From an uncultured Myxococcales bacterium (GTDB lineage Bacteria; Myxococcota_A; UBA9042; PWKZ01; CAYRCM01): a DNA stretch of 64,000 nt. The first letter of the stretch is position 1; the number at the start of each line of letters is the position of its first letter. Position numbers and translations under genes: made by a program. This document shows, in pieces, positions 28,521 to 37,667 of the stretch. The notes beneath the pieces are model-generated. The model searched no databases and was not told the origin of the DNA. It saw only the letters and a list, made by a program, of their open reading frames with translations. The DNA is taken from contig CAYRCM010000008.1 of NCBI GenBank assembly GCA_964422715.1, forward strand, positions 1,894 to 65,893, written 5' to 3'.

Positions 28521-28611
28521 GCCAAAGCGCCAGTTCCGGGCCCGGCTCCGGGGCCCGGCCGTTGGGCCCCGCGCGGGCGCCCCGCAAGGCCCATGCGAAG
28601 GGCTAACATCC

Positions 28612-28640
28612 TTGACTTGCGGGCGGTTCTCTGGTACCCG
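28612..28640 (+). promoter_or_regulatory. Candidate sigma70 promoter for the DUF4398-like/OmpA operon
   Basis: TTGACT-N17-TACCCG with extended TG; the -10 is poor. Confidence 0.3.
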
Positions 28641-28709
28641 AGTCTCGTTTTGCGCGAGGCGTAAGACGGGCCGGCGCCCCGCAAAGGGCACCCGGCAGGA
28701 GCGAATGCC

Positions 28710-29183
28710 ATGCGACCCATCAGCGCTGCGTTGACCCTGGCGCTTTCTCTCTTCGCCATCGGCTGCGGCGCCATCCGCACCTCCACGGCCATCGTCGCGG
28801 CCGACGCGGCCATCGACAAAGCACGGGTGGCCCGCGCCGCCGAATTCAACGAATCGCTCTATCTCTTCCACAAGGCGCAGCTCTACGCCTCGCAGTCGCG
28901 CTTCCGAAACGGGTTTTCCGACTACCAGGTGGCCGAACTCTACGGTCGCAATGGCGAAAAATTCGGCAACGAAGCCAAGCTCGAAGCCGACCGGCAAGTC
29001 CAGCGCAAGCAGGAACGCGACGCCCGCCACGAACGGCTGCGGCTCCTGCGGATGCAGTACCAGCCGCAGGGTGGGGCGCCGGCAACGCCGACCGCCCCAT
29101 CCGCCACGCTCGCGCCGCCCCCCGAGCCGCCGCCGGCCGCCCCGTACGGCGCGCCCCCGGTGGCTCCCGGTCGCTGGCGCTAG
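28710..29183 (+). CDS. Helical lipoprotein, DUF4398-like
   Basis: AGGAG RBS; lipobox AIG-C; Ala-rich helix (A..AA..A, YLFHKAQ..A); Pro-rich tail; upstream of an OmpA gene as is usual for DUF4398. Confidence 0.7.
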   Translation: MRPISAALTLALSLFAIGCGAIRTSTAIVAADAAIDKARVARAAEFNESLYLFHKAQLYASQSRFRNGFSDYQVAELYGRNGEKFGNEAKLEADRQVQRKQERDARHERLRLLRMQYQPQGGAPATPTAPSATLAPPPEPPPAAPYGAPPVAPGRWR

Positions 29184-29217
29184 GATCTGCAAGGCCCCGT
29201 TGTTCGAGGACACCATC

Positions 29218-30336
29218 ATGCGCACGCAGTCCGCACAGCAATCCGCAGCCGCCCGGGTGCCCGACCCGCGGCGGTCGCGCGTCCCCCTCGGTCTGCTCTC
29301 GGTCGGCCTGCTCGCCCTCGCGGCGTCGTGCGTGTCGGCCGGCACGGTGCAAAGCCGCAGCCAGGAGCTCGACACGTTGCTGCTGCGCATCCAGCAGCCG
29401 GCCGCGATCTGCGCCCCACGCGAGCTCGCCACGGCCGAGGCCTTCGTCGAATTCGCGCGCCACGAGAGTTCGGCCGGCCATACGCTCTACGCCAAGATGT
29501 ACCTCGACCGGGCCCACAAGGCCGCGCAAGAGGCGTTCGTCAAGTCCAACTTCGACTACTGCGAGCCCGACACCGACAACGACGAAATCCGCGACTCGCT
29601 CGACCGCTGCCCCAAAGAACAAGAAGACTTCGACCTCATCCAGGACGAAGACGGCTGCCCCGACTTCGACCGCGACAACGACGGCGTCATGGACGATGTC
29701 GACCGCTGCCCCGACATCCAGGAAGACCGCGACGGCTTCCAGGACGAAGACGGCTGCCCCGATCCCGACAACGACCAAGACGGCATTCCCGACGCCCGCG
29801 ACCAGTGTCCGAACGACCCCGAAGACCGCGACGGCTTCCAGGACGAAGACGGCTGTCCCGACGCCGACAACGACCAGGACGGCATCCTCGACACGGCCGA
29901 CGGCTGCCCGAACGAAGCCGAAGACAAGGACGGCGACCGCGACGACGACGGCTGCCCCGACGTCTACCAGAACGTCGTCATCGCCGACGACGAAATCAAG
30001 ATCATGCAGGAAGTGCTCTTCCAGCACGGGCGCTCGCGCATCCTGTCCGAATCGTTCGGGCTGCTCGAAGAAGTGGCCAAGGCCATGCGCGACAACCCGA
30101 CGTTCCGCGTCGAGATTCAAGGCCATACCTCGTCGGTCGGCAGCGACCGCTCCAACCTGGCGCTGTCGCGCAAGCGTGCCAAGGCCGTCTGGTCGCACAT
30201 GACGGGCATCAACCGCATTCCGAAGGCGCGGCTCTCGTGGCAAGGCTACGGCGAATCGCAACTCCTCTGCATCGAAGAGACCGAAGCCTGCCACGCCAAG
30301 AACCGCCGGGTGGTCTTCAAGATCCTCTCGCGGTAG
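29218..30336 (+). CDS. OmpA-family peptidoglycan-binding lipoprotein with TSP type-3 repeats
   Basis: Lipobox LAAS-C; four 33-aa DxDxDG/DGCP repeats; OmpA-C domain (VEIQGHT, NLALSRKRA, GYGESQ, NRRVVF). Confidence 0.9.
   Translation: MRTQSAQQSAAARVPDPRRSRVPLGLLSVGLLALAASCVSAGTVQSRSQELDTLLLRIQQPAAICAPRELATAEAFVEFARHESSAGHTLYAKMYLDRAHKAAQEAFVKSNFDYCEPDTDNDEIRDSLDRCPKEQEDFDLIQDEDGCPDFDRDNDGVMDDVDRCPDIQEDRDGFQDEDGCPDPDNDQDGIPDARDQCPNDPEDRDGFQDEDGCPDADNDQDGILDTADGCPNEAEDKDGDRDDDGCPDVYQNVVIADDEIKIMQEVLFQHGRSRILSESFGLLEEVAKAMRDNPTFRVEIQGHTSSVGSDRSNLALSRKRAKAVWSHMTGINRIPKARLSWQGYGESQLLCIEETEACHAKNRRVVFKILSR
29566..29961 (+). repeat. Four 99-bp coding TSP3 (Ca-binding) repeats
   Basis: PDxDxDxDG..D..DxCP...EDxDGxxDxDGC repeated four times. 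Confidence 0.85.
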
Positions 30337-30408
30337 CCGCACCGCCGCCCCCTCCCATCCACGGCGCCGCCCTGCGCCCTGCCGGGCGCCGGAAAGCTGC
30401 CCTGCCCC

Positions 30409-31260
30409 ATGGCCTTCGCCCTCGTGCTGCTGCTGGCCGTCCTCCAGGGACTCACCGAGTTCCTGCCGGTGTCGAGCGACGGCCATCTGCGCCTCTTGCA
30501 GGCCGTGGCCGGCGTGTCTGCCCCCGCGACCGCCGTCGACGTGGCGCTGCACCTGGGCACGCTCGGCGCCGTCGTGTTCGTGTTGCGGCGCGAACTCGGT
30601 GACGTGCTGCGCGGGGCGCTCGGGCTCTGCGGCGCGCTGCTCCGCGGCGAACCGCGTGCGGCCTGGCGCCGACCCGAGGTGCGGCTTGGGGTGTACCTGT
30701 GCGTGGCGACGGTACCGACGGGCCTCGTCGGGCTGCTTCTCGGACAGATCGCCGCGGGCCCGCTCGGCGGCCCGCTCTGGGTGGCCGGCTGGCTCCTGCT
30801 GAACGGCGGCGTGCTCTGGCTGGCGGGGCCGCTCGGCCGGCGCGCGGCCGCGGCCGGGCCGCCGCGCGAACTCGCCGACCTCCGGCTCCGCGACGCGCTC
30901 GTCATCGGCGCCGTGCAGGGCACCGCCGTGCTGCGCGGGCTGTCGCGCTCCGGCGCCACCATCGTCGCCGGGCTGGCCCTCGGGCTCAGCCGCGATGCCG
31001 CGGCGCGCTTCTCGTTTCTGGCCTCGGTGCCGGCCATCCTGGCGGCGGCCACCTACGAGGGGCTCTTCGCCGCGCCCGAACCGGGCACGCCGGGGCTCGC
31101 GACCCTCGGGCTCGGCGTCGTGCTCGCCGCCGTGGTGGGTTTTGGCGCGCTGCGGCTGCTCCTGCGCATCGTCCGGACCGGTCGGATCGAACGCTTCGCC
31201 TACTACTGTTGGGCGCTTGCCGCCGTCGTGATGGTGGCAGCGCTCGCCGGCTGGATGTAG
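30409..31260 (+). CDS. uppP: Undecaprenyl-diphosphate phosphatase (BacA family)
   Basis: QGLTEFLPVSSDGHL, LHLGTL, GLSRSGATI, AARFSFLAS.P. Confidence 0.93.
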   Translation: MAFALVLLLAVLQGLTEFLPVSSDGHLRLLQAVAGVSAPATAVDVALHLGTLGAVVFVLRRELGDVLRGALGLCGALLRGEPRAAWRRPEVRLGVYLCVATVPTGLVGLLLGQIAAGPLGGPLWVAGWLLLNGGVLWLAGPLGRRAAAAGPPRELADLRLRDALVIGAVQGTAVLRGLSRSGATIVAGLALGLSRDAAARFSFLASVPAILAAATYEGLFAAPEPGTPGLATLGLGVVLAAVVGFGALRLLLRIVRTGRIERFAYYCWALAAVVMVAALAGWM

Positions 31261-31455
31261 CCGCGGCCTCGGCCCGCCGGCGCGCGGCAACCGCAGGGTG
31301 CCGCCGGGCGGCAATGGCGGCGCCGCCGCTCGAACGTCGAACCGAAAGGCGAAGGGGATCGGTCGCTGCGGCGGGCGGTCGTTCGGGAAGCGGATGCGGG
31401 CGCGGCCGGTCGGGGGCGGGCCCGGCGGGCCGCCCGGCCACCCTGAGGCGACGCG

Positions 31456-34095
31456 CTACATGCAGGCGGTGCGGCAGGTGTCGCTCGGCAGGAAGCACCA
31501 GGCGTTCGGGTCGTCGGGGCAGGGCGCGTAGCAGGGCTCGGTGCCTTCGGTCAGCAGCGCGCAGCGCAGGCCCGGCGGGCAGTCGGCGTCGGCGCGGCAG
31601 CCTTCGTAGGCCGGGCTGCACTGGCCATAGCAGCGCTCGTAGCAGACGCCGTTTTCGCACGCGGTGACACAGGTCACTGCGTCGTCGGCCCAGGAGCAGA
31701 AGTAGCCGTCGCGGCAGGTGCTGTCGTCGGTGCAGGCGTCTTCGCCAACGAGCGGCACGCAGACCCCGACGCAGGCCGGCATGTCGCAGTTTTCGCCTTC
31801 GGGGCAATCCCAGCCGCACGTGTCGGGGTCGATCTCGCAAGCCTCACCCGACGCGCAGTCAGCGTCGGCGTAGCAGGGGGTGGGCGGCGGCGTGACGGCA
31901 GTGCAGGTGCCGGGGCAGTATTCGGGCACGCCGCCACCGTCGGGCGGCCAGTAGCCGCAGTTCGGGTCGGGCATGCACACTTCGCCGGCCGGGCAGTCGG
32001 CATCGGCGAAGCAGGCGTTCTCGATGGGCACGCAGTAGCCGCCGCACCAGCTGGGCTCGCTTGGGTCGCTGCCCGGGCACGACCAGGAATCGAACTGGCA
32101 ACGCTCGCCCGGCGCGCACTCGGCGTCGGAGTAGCAGACACCGGAGAGCGGCAGGCACACGCCGGGCTGCGGCAGGAAGTCGGGGTCGGGATTGTCACGC
32201 GGCAGGGCACAGTACTCGCCGGCGGGGCAGTCGGTGTCGCTCCAGCAACCCGGCTCGACCGGCACGCACCAGCCGCCGCACGGCATGGGGTCGCCTTCGG
32301 GGAGGGCCGGGTCGTAGCCCCAGCCGCAGTTCGGGTCGTACTGGCAGAGGGCGCCCGTGCCGCAGTCGGCGTCGGACCAGCATTCGTAGGCCATGGGCAC
32401 GCACACGCCGCCGCAGTAAGCCGGCATGCCGTCGGGGGCGTCGGGGTCGTATTCGGCGCCGCCGCAGTAACTGCCGTCGAACTGACACATCATGCCGGGC
32501 CCGCAATCGGCATCGGAGAAGCACTCGGCCGGACGCGCGACGCAGATCCCGGGGCAGTAGGCGCGGTCGGTCTCGGGCGCGTTCGGGTCGCCGTCGAAGC
32601 CGCCGCAGTAGCTCGTGTCGAACTGGCACATCATGCCGGCGGGGCAGTCGGTATCGGAGAAGCATTCGCGCTGCACGGCCACGCAGAACCCGCCGCAACC
32701 GATGCGCAGGCCCTCTTCGGGCGGTACGGCCGGGTCGTTGTAGCCGCAGTTCGGATCGAGCTGGCACACCATGCCGGCACCGCACTGGTCGTCGCTGTAG
32801 CATTCGTAGGCGATGGGCACGCAGATGCCGCCGCACGCGATATCGGCCTGCGGCGCGCCGGAAGCATCGTCACCCGCGGCCCACGTGCCGCAGTAGGTGG
32901 GGTCGATCTGGCAGTACATGCCGGCGCCGCAGTCGGCGTCGGACCAGCACTGCGGCGTGGTCGGGATGCACACGCCACCGCAGCGGGGCGGTGCGAAGGC
33001 CGCATCGCCCTCGCCCGCCGGAACGGGCTCGGCGCCACAGTTCGCCCAGTCGATGTTGCAGACGGACCCGGCGTTGCAGTCGGCGTCGGACCAGCATTCG
33101 ACCGGACGCACGACGCAGACACCGCCGCAGTAGGCCGGCATCCCGGCCGGGTCGCCCGGGGCGTAGTCGCCCCCCGCGCAGTAGTCGTTCGTGAACTGGC
33201 ACATCATGCCGGGGCCGCAGTCGGCGTCGGACCAACATTCGACCGGCGGCTCGTACGGCACGCACACGCCGCTGCAGGCCACGAACTTGTCGCCGTCCAT
33301 GCCCGGCTCGTTGGGCCATGCACCGCAGTTGGTCTCATCGATCTGGCAGATGGTGCCCGGGCGACAATCGGCGTCGGACCAGCATTCGACCGGCGGCTCA
33401 TAGGGTACGCACACGCCGCCGCAACGCGGCATGGCCTCGCCCGAGCCCTCGCCGGCCGGCGCGAAGTCGCCACAGCGGTCGCCCGAGAACTCGCACACCC
33501 TACCGGGGCCGCAGTCGGCGTCGGACCAGCACTCGACCGGCGGCTCGTAGGGCACGCACACGCCGCCGCAACGCGGCATGGCGTCGCCCGTGCCGTCTTC
33601 GGCCGGCATGTAGCCGCAGCGGTCGCCCGAAAACTCGCACACCATGCCGGGGCCGCAGTCGGCGTCGGACCAGCACGTTTGCGGGAACAGGCACTCGCCG
33701 TTGACGCACTGGCCGCCATCCGGACAGTCGCTGTCGGCGCGGCATTCGACCGGGTCGGCGACGCACTCGCCATAGCAGACGTTGCAGTCGGGACAGTCGG
33801 GAGGCACCTCGCAGGCGCCGTCGGACACGCTGCAGTGCTCGCCGGCGCCGCAGTCGGCGTTGGAGTAGCAGCCGTCGCCCGGCTCGCCGTCGATGCACAG
33901 GCACGCGCCGTTCTCACAGGCCCAACGGCCGTCGCAGGGCCCGGCCGCGGCGCAGTCGGCGTCGCTCACGCAGCCCGGGGCGTCTTCGTCGGGTGCCCCA
34001 CAGGTGGGCCCGGTGTTGCCGGCCACGAAAAGCAGCAGGGCCGCGATACCAAAGCCCTGCCAGAGCCAGCCGCCGATCGTTCGTTTCGTTTGCAT
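31456..34095 (-). CDS. Exported Cys-rich tandem-repeat protein (879 aa, ~19 C-x-SD-x-D-C units)
   Basis: GAGGAGG RBS before ATG 34095; N-terminal hydrophobic segment ending GPT-C (atypical lipobox); repeated CWSDADCGxGxxC...C...CGGVC. Confidence 0.85.
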   Translation of the reverse strand: MQTKRTIGGWLWQGFGIAALLLFVAGNTGPTCGAPDEDAPGCVSDADCAAAGPCDGRWACENGACLCIDGEPGDGCYSNADCGAGEHCSVSDGACEVPPDCPDCNVCYGECVADPVECRADSDCPDGGQCVNGECLFPQTCWSDADCGPGMVCEFSGDRCGYMPAEDGTGDAMPRCGGVCVPYEPPVECWSDADCGPGRVCEFSGDRCGDFAPAGEGSGEAMPRCGGVCVPYEPPVECWSDADCRPGTICQIDETNCGAWPNEPGMDGDKFVACSGVCVPYEPPVECWSDADCGPGMMCQFTNDYCAGGDYAPGDPAGMPAYCGGVCVVRPVECWSDADCNAGSVCNIDWANCGAEPVPAGEGDAAFAPPRCGGVCIPTTPQCWSDADCGAGMYCQIDPTYCGTWAAGDDASGAPQADIACGGICVPIAYECYSDDQCGAGMVCQLDPNCGYNDPAVPPEEGLRIGCGGFCVAVQRECFSDTDCPAGMMCQFDTSYCGGFDGDPNAPETDRAYCPGICVARPAECFSDADCGPGMMCQFDGSYCGGAEYDPDAPDGMPAYCGGVCVPMAYECWSDADCGTGALCQYDPNCGWGYDPALPEGDPMPCGGWCVPVEPGCWSDTDCPAGEYCALPRDNPDPDFLPQPGVCLPLSGVCYSDAECAPGERCQFDSWSCPGSDPSEPSWCGGYCVPIENACFADADCPAGEVCMPDPNCGYWPPDGGGVPEYCPGTCTAVTPPPTPCYADADCASGEACEIDPDTCGWDCPEGENCDMPACVGVCVPLVGEDACTDDSTCRDGYFCSWADDAVTCVTACENGVCYERCYGQCSPAYEGCRADADCPPGLRCALLTEGTEPCYAPCPDDPNAWCFLPSDTCRTACM
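31460..33972 (-). repeat. Coding tandem repeat, ~47-50-aa period; youngest copies have a 147-bp period
   Basis: CGACCGGCGGCTC recurs at 33240, 33387 and 33534; GCAGTCGGCGTCGGACCA recurs several times. Confidence 0.85.
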
Positions 34096-34223
34096 GGTCG
34101 TCCTCCTCGCGGCGCGCCCGCTTCCTGGCTCGGGTCCCCCCGGCTCGGCCGCCGTCGCCGAGCCCTGGTGCAAGCGGCAGGCCAACCGGCCGCGGGCCCA
34201 AAATCCGCGGCCGACCTGTTGCC

Positions 34224-34238
34224 GCAACGCGTGCGCCA
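34224..34238 (-). promoter_or_regulatory. Candidate sigma54 (-24/-12) promoter for the Cys-rich gene
   Basis: Minus strand TGGC-GCACGCG-TTGC matches TGGC-N7-TTGC. Confidence 0.5.
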
Positions 34239-34448
34239 CGCCGGCAGCATACCCGGATCTCGGCAGAATGTGCAAGACCTGCACATGCAACGGGTGCACG
34301 CCACCCGGCGAACCGGGCAGCCCGGGTCCACACGCCCCGAGGCCCGCTCCGGGGCGATCTGGCGCCACCGCATGGCGTGTGGTAGCGTGTCGAACGCCTT
34401 GTGCGGCAGGGCGCCGCGCGGGGCTCGATGACCGCAAGGACGATGACC

Positions 34449-36569
34449 ATGCGTGCGCGTTTCCCCATCGTGGCGACCCTTCTGGCCGGGTGCATGCTGC
34501 TCGGCTGCGAAACCTCTTCGGCCGGCGGCTCGGGCGCGGGCGACACGAGCCCCGACGGCCTGCGCGACACCAACAACGACACGCCCGGATGGGTCTGGGA
34601 CACGGGTGGCGGCGACACCACCACGCCCGGCGGCGACACGACGAAGCCCGGCGACACCCCCGTTCAGCCCGAAATCGGTCCGCGCGACGCGACCCAGACG
34701 GTCGAGACGCGCTGCACGCCGAGCCTCGCCTGGTGCCAAGACGACGTGGCGCACAAGTGCAACTCCGACGGCACGACCGACTACGTGCGCGATTGCAGCC
34801 CGGGCGTGTGCCGCGACGGCGAATGCTACGTGTGCGCGCCGACCGAGGCCTACTGCAACGAGAGCGACCGCAACCTCTATCAGTGCAACGCCGACGGCAC
34901 GGGCGGCACCTTGCTGCAAGAGTGCAACCCGCGCTACGGCTGCTACGAAAACCGCTGCCTCGTCTGCTACCCCGGCATCAAGGACTGCGACGAACAGAAC
35001 CACGTCGTCATCTGCAACGCCGACGGCAGCGGCTGGGACATCTTCGAGGACTGCGGGGCCGCCGGCGCTGCCTGCGCCTCGCCCGGGCTCTGCGTGGGCG
35101 GCTGCGGCACCGAAATCAAGACCGGCACCAACACGGGCTGCGACTTCTGGGCCGTCGACCTCGAAAACGCCCTCGAAGAACAGCTCGGCCAGGTGTGGGA
35201 CGCGCAGCACGCCCAGTTCTCCGTCATCGTCTCCAACACGGCCGAGACGGCGGCGGCCGACATCACCATCACGCGCCCCGACGGCGTCGAGATCACGGGC
35301 TCCGTGGCGCCGGGCGACCTCCAGGTGTTCAACCTCTCCAACTACCCGAGTTGGGACTTCTCGCTCGAAGGCTCCGGCATCACGAACAAAGCGTTCCACA
35401 TCACAACCACGCAGCCGGTCAACGTGTACCAGTTCAACCCGCTGTCGAACGTGGGCGTGTTCTCCAACGACGCCTCGGTGCTGCTGCCGACCCCGGGCCT
35501 CGGCACCGAGTACTACACGGCCACGCTGCCGCAGATCACCGACGGCATCGAACCGGTCTACCGCGGCTACTTCACGGTCATCGCGATCGACGAGGAATCC
35601 ACCACCGTCACCATCACGCCGGCGGGGCCGACGCTCGCGGGCAGCGGCATTCCGGCGCTCACGGCCGGCCAGACGCACTCGGTGACCCTCCAGCGCGGCG
35701 AGGTGCTCAACGTCGAGTCCAACACCGCCGACGAGGTCGATCTCTCGGGCTCGCACATCCTCTCCGACCGTCCCGTGGCCGTGTTTTCGGGCCATGTCGC
35801 GGCCGTCACCGCCCAGGAATGCTGCGCCGACCACCTCGAAGAGCAGATGCCGCCGCTCACGTCCTGGGGCACCCAGTACGTCGCCACGCGCGCCTGGGAA
35901 CGCGGCTACGAGGGCGACTACTGGATGGTCGTCGCCTCCGAAAACGACACCACGGTCACGCTCAACCCCATGGTCGCCACCATTCCGCGCCTCAGCGCGG
36001 GCGGCAAGCACTACTTCAAGGCGTCCCAGAACTTCGTCGCCACGGCCAGCAAGCCCGTGTTGCTCGTGCAGTTCCTGGCATCGTCCTACGAGACCCCCAC
36101 CCCGCCGGGCGGCTGCTCGGCGAGTTGCCCCGAGGGCTTCTCGTGCTTCCTCGGCGACTGCCAGGGCGACTCGTGCTCCGGCAGCGGCCAGTGCTCCGAC
36201 GGCGCCACCTGCACCGAAGGCTACTGCCAGCCCATCGGCGACCCCTCGCTCATCGTGGCGGTGCCCGTCCAGCAATTCCAGGATGGCTACATCTTCCTCA
36301 CCCCCAACTCGTACCACAAAGACTACCTCAACGTCATCGCGCCCACGGGGGCGACCGTCACCCTCGACGGCGTCGACATCCCGCCCGCGAGTTTCACGGC
36401 CGTCATGGGCAGCGGGTTCGGCGTGCATCGGCGCGAGGTGCCCGACGGCACCCACGTCATCCAGAGCGACGTCCCGTTCGGCATCGTCGTGTACGGCTAC
36501 GACAAAGACGTGTCGTACGGCTACCCCGGCGGCCTCGGGCTCGAAGTCATCAACCCCAGCGACGAATGA
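34449..36569 (+). CDS. Lipoprotein with Cys-rich region and IgGFc-binding-protein N-terminal-type domain (706 aa)
   Basis: AAGGA RBS; lipobox LLG-C; GDT-rich linker; Cys-rich repeats; VYQFNPL, SNDASVLLP, SDRPVAVFSGH, DHLEEQMPP, GDPSL, YGYPGG. Confidence 0.82.
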   Translation: MRARFPIVATLLAGCMLLGCETSSAGGSGAGDTSPDGLRDTNNDTPGWVWDTGGGDTTTPGGDTTKPGDTPVQPEIGPRDATQTVETRCTPSLAWCQDDVAHKCNSDGTTDYVRDCSPGVCRDGECYVCAPTEAYCNESDRNLYQCNADGTGGTLLQECNPRYGCYENRCLVCYPGIKDCDEQNHVVICNADGSGWDIFEDCGAAGAACASPGLCVGGCGTEIKTGTNTGCDFWAVDLENALEEQLGQVWDAQHAQFSVIVSNTAETAAADITITRPDGVEITGSVAPGDLQVFNLSNYPSWDFSLEGSGITNKAFHITTTQPVNVYQFNPLSNVGVFSNDASVLLPTPGLGTEYYTATLPQITDGIEPVYRGYFTVIAIDEESTTVTITPAGPTLAGSGIPALTAGQTHSVTLQRGEVLNVESNTADEVDLSGSHILSDRPVAVFSGHVAAVTAQECCADHLEEQMPPLTSWGTQYVATRAWERGYEGDYWMVVASENDTTVTLNPMVATIPRLSAGGKHYFKASQNFVATASKPVLLVQFLASSYETPTPPGGCSASCPEGFSCFLGDCQGDSCSGSGQCSDGATCTEGYCQPIGDPSLIVAVPVQQFQDGYIFLTPNSYHKDYLNVIAPTGATVTLDGVDIPPASFTAVMGSGFGVHRREVPDGTHVIQSDVPFGIVVYGYDKDVSYGYPGGLGLEVINPSDE

Positions 36570-36583
36570 GGGGGCGCCCGCCC

Positions 36584-37000
36584 ATGCAGCCCACCGATCC
36601 GCATCCCGCCGAAGTCTTCGCGCTGCTGCGCCAGAAGTCGCCCGCGACCCGCATCGCGGTCGTCGGGGCCAGCAACGACCCGCAAAAATACGGCCACATC
36701 ATCGTCAACAACCTCCAGGCCAAGGGCTACACCGTGCTGCCCGTCAACCCGCGCGAGGCCACCATCGCGGGGCTCACGGCCTATCCGTCGCTCGCGGCCC
36801 TGCCGCTGCCCGTGCACATCGTCGACGTCGTCACCCCGCCCGCCGTGACGCGCAAGGTGCTCGCCGAAGCCGCCGCTCTCGGGCTGCCGGCCGTCTGGCT
36901 GCAGGACGGCAGCTTCGACGCCGAGGTCCTCGCGTTCGCCGCGACGGCGCCCTTCAAGACGGTCTACAACGCCTGCATCATGGTCGTCAGCAACTACTGA
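36584..37000 (+). CDS. CoA-binding protein (YccU-like)
   Basis: IAVVGASNDPQKYG, GYTVLPVNP, VDVVTPP, VWLQDG, NACIMV. Confidence 0.9.
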   Translation: MQPTDPHPAEVFALLRQKSPATRIAVVGASNDPQKYGHIIVNNLQAKGYTVLPVNPREATIAGLTAYPSLAALPLPVHIVDVVTPPAVTRKVLAEAAALGLPAVWLQDGSFDAEVLAFAATAPFKTVYNACIMVVSNY

Positions 37001-37421
37001 GAGGCCCCTGCTCGTCACCGGCGGCTTCCGGCGCGTCCGGTTCGGCGGCAGCGCGTGCCCGCTCGGCCGCGCGGACCACGTAGGCGGCCCAGCGCTCCGG
37101 GTCGGGCAGGAAACGCAGTTGCGGCGCGCGGCGCAATTGCAGCGCCTCGGCGAGCACGCTGCGGAAGAACCCCGTGGCCGCCTCGAAGAGTTCCTGCGCT
37201 TCACGGACGCCGCCGAGTTCGACCGGGCGATGCGGCGTCGGGCCGAACACGGCGACGAGTCGGCGCAAGCCGCCGTCGGGCAGCACCCGGGTCACGACGA
37301 GCTCCTGGAAACGCGGATCGGCGCAGTCGATGCGTAGTGCGTCGTTGAGGAGGCCCTCGGCCACGCTCAGCAGTTGGTCGGTGCGGGGAACCTGGGCCTG
37401 ACCGTGGTGGCGACGGGTCAT
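36987..37421 (-). CDS. Divergent ribosome-binding factor A (RbfA)-like protein
   Basis: DPRFQELVVTRV, GFFRSVLAEALQLRRAPQLRFLPD resemble the RbfA KH-fold signature; not in an infB/truB context. Confidence 0.65.
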   Translation of the reverse strand: MTRRHHGQAQVPRTDQLLSVAEGLLNDALRIDCADPRFQELVVTRVLPDGGLRRLVAVFGPTPHRPVELGGVREAQELFEAATGFFRSVLAEALQLRRAPQLRFLPDPERWAAYVVRAAERARAAAEPDAPEAAGDEQGPLSSC

Positions 37422-37484
37422 GGGGTTTCTCCAGCAGCGGTCGGCCAGCGGATCCGGGAGGGCGGGCCGGCCGCGCGGCGCTCA

Positions 37485-37667
37485 GAGGCTGTGAAGATAC
37501 CGCAGTTCGTCGCGAGGCGTACCCCTGGCGGAAGGGCTGCAAGGAGCGGGGGTGCCGGAAACCCGGGACGTATCGCGGGATACGGCGCAGGGTTTCGGGG
37601 GTCGCCGTGACGCCGCGGACGTCCGGCAGGGGTCGCCGCAGCAGGACGGAGATTTCTTCTGAGCCTC
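37485..37667. mobile_element. 183-bp MITE-like non-autonomous element
   Basis: Terminal inverted repeats GAGGCTGTGAAGA / TCTTCTGAGCCTC (11/13 match), flanked by TCA direct repeats (37482-84 and 37668-70, the latter being the glgP stop). Confidence 0.55.

Noticed and set aside
25103-28606. Other >800-aa alternative-frame or antisense ORFs (e.g. 25103-28606 +, 3716-6937 +, 1182-4301 -, 6775-9495 -, 16938-20162 +)
   Set aside because: They are Arg/Ala/Gly/Pro-rich shadow frames overlapping genes with clear family motifs; expected at ~70% GC.
32340-33680. Regularly spaced GCAGTCGGCGTCGGACCA repeats with variable spacers (CRISPR-like appearance)
   Set aside because: They are in-frame codons for WSDADC in a protein repeat. 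The period of ~147 bp is too long for CRISPR and there are no cas genes.
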